A DNA stretch of 59,966 nucleotides, filler included, from Dimargaris cristalligena (taxonomy: Eukaryota): assembly GCA_003614675.1 (NCBI GenBank). It is 4 parts of 4 records of this genome, joined end to end, with 100 filler letters (N's around TTAATTAATTAA, not from the genome) between each part and the next. Parts side by side here need not be neighbours in the genome. Positions count along the whole stretch, not along the records: positions 45,086 to 59,966 come from ML002926.1; 3 more parts are not named here. One strand, 5' to 3'. The notes under the pieces are model-generated. The model was given only the letters and a program-made list of their open reading frames with translations, was not told the origin of the DNA and searched no databases. Below, piece after piece: positions 58,666 to 59,966 of the stretch (its first letter is position 1; each line of letters opens with the position of its first letter). The position numbers and the translations under genes were made by a program.

Positions 58666-58935
58666 TGTACCACCTCCCCAAGAACTACAAACTTCACTAG
58701 TACTAATTCCCAGGCCCAGGTCACCAGGATATCCTCAAGACCAGTCTGGTGATTTCCCCAGTCATCCTGTAGGAATCCCCAACCCTCAAGTACTGAATAT
58801 TCCCATGATGTCCCCAGCAGCTAAGCCACCGAGTTTATTAGAATAAACTTATTTGGAACTCAATCAAAACCAGTGATGCCACTGACATCCCCAACATTCC
58901 CAGCCAATAACATTAAGTGACCCAGGACTACTAGT
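58666..58935 (+). mobile_element. Segment A of the same repeat family
   Basis: Begins TGTACCACCTCCCCAAGAACTACAAACTTC and aligns with the reverse complement of ~45157-45440. Confidence 0.7.
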
Positions 58936-59966
58936 GGTTATTCCAACAATGGTTTCAAGACCAACTACTGCTTTCCACTGCCACTAAATACCCTAACCCC
59001 TTGATTTATTTCCTGACATAAATAAGGGGTAATCACCCATCTTTAATAAACCAGACTTTGATGCCCTGTTTCTTACCCTTGAGATAACTGATTCTTTTAC
59101 CAATTTTTACCAGACAATTATTACTGTTAAAACTCTTATTCTAACCATTCTTCTGTCATTGCATAAAATTGATAGTTGTGCCAATCATGTCTAAAAAAGG
59201 AAATGTATTAAATTGCAGGTGGTAAATGTAGATAAGTGATGATTTATTAATAATAGTTGTAGGTAGTTTCCAGTATGACCCTAGTTATAATGATTGCTTT
59301 TAAAAAGAAAATAGGAAAGTTGGAGTTAGGAGAGGAATTGCCATTCACCCTGTGGGGAGTGGCCAGATTATATATGTCAATTGTTACTAATTATTACTGC
59401 TATAACTACATAGCTCCTCAATGAGAGGCCATTGTGTCACTGAGGTATGTGGTCAGAAAGTCTGCTACTCTAATAGAATATAAAGAATTGAAGAAATATA
59501 CTGGAAATAACGATTTGATTCCTAGAGAAATTAAAAAGCTCTTGGAGTCTGTCCTCTTTTGGAGGGAAGGTCCGAGACCGAAGAAAGTTAGATGTAGGAA
59601 TTAATAGGGTTACTAAGGCCATGCTGGTCTGGCCACAACAGTACTATTGTGATATAGCCAAATGGCTATAGTAGTATTTACCATTTTCTTATTTATTTTT
59701 CCTCTTTTATTGAAACCACCATCCATATTTAGGTGATTAGTTAAAGAATTGGTGCTGCTAGCCTAAGTTTTCCCTTTTTATAAGTTATTATTGTTATACA
59801 ATAATTATATATTTATTTCTAATTGGATTATTTTTCTGAGTACTACATTTATACCCTTGCTGTACTCTATCAACAAGTATCAGCTATTCCTTAACCTATT
59901 ATAAGTTCATTTATACCTTTTATTCTTTTGTTTTTGTTATACCAATGGGTATAACTTTAGCCTTAA

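Overview
Fungal genomic DNA, most likely from an early-diverging (non-Dikarya, possibly Zoopagomycota-like) fungus. That taxonomy is inferred from gene content (DNMT2, LMBRD1-type, BRI3-like genes) and introns of mostly 140-420 nt; it is not proven. The window is not one locus. It is four ~15 kb contigs (1-14972, 15073-30001, 30102-44985, 45086-59966) joined by artificial 100-nt spacers (44 N + TTAATTAATTAA + 44 N). I reconstructed 14 protein-coding genes, several with exons missed by the ORF track: CHS7, DNMT2, ADA2, a DUF2015/UPF0357 gene, LMBRD1-like (truncated), CAT2, UCH37/UCHL5, a Cys2-type serine O-acyltransferase, VPS8 (truncated), an LTE1-like RasGEF, mitochondrial IF3, MRM1, BRI3-like and LDB17/SPIN90-like. 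Near the contig ends lie several diverged pieces of one LTR-like repeat family inside CpG-free, TpA-rich DNA. In the blocks I could align by eye, the copies differ mostly by CpA/TpA and TpG/TpA exchanges, plus CpG decay. This RIP-like or non-CG-methylation-like mutational signature is the most interesting signal in the window. I could not support any rRNA, tRNA, snRNA or CRISPR feature.
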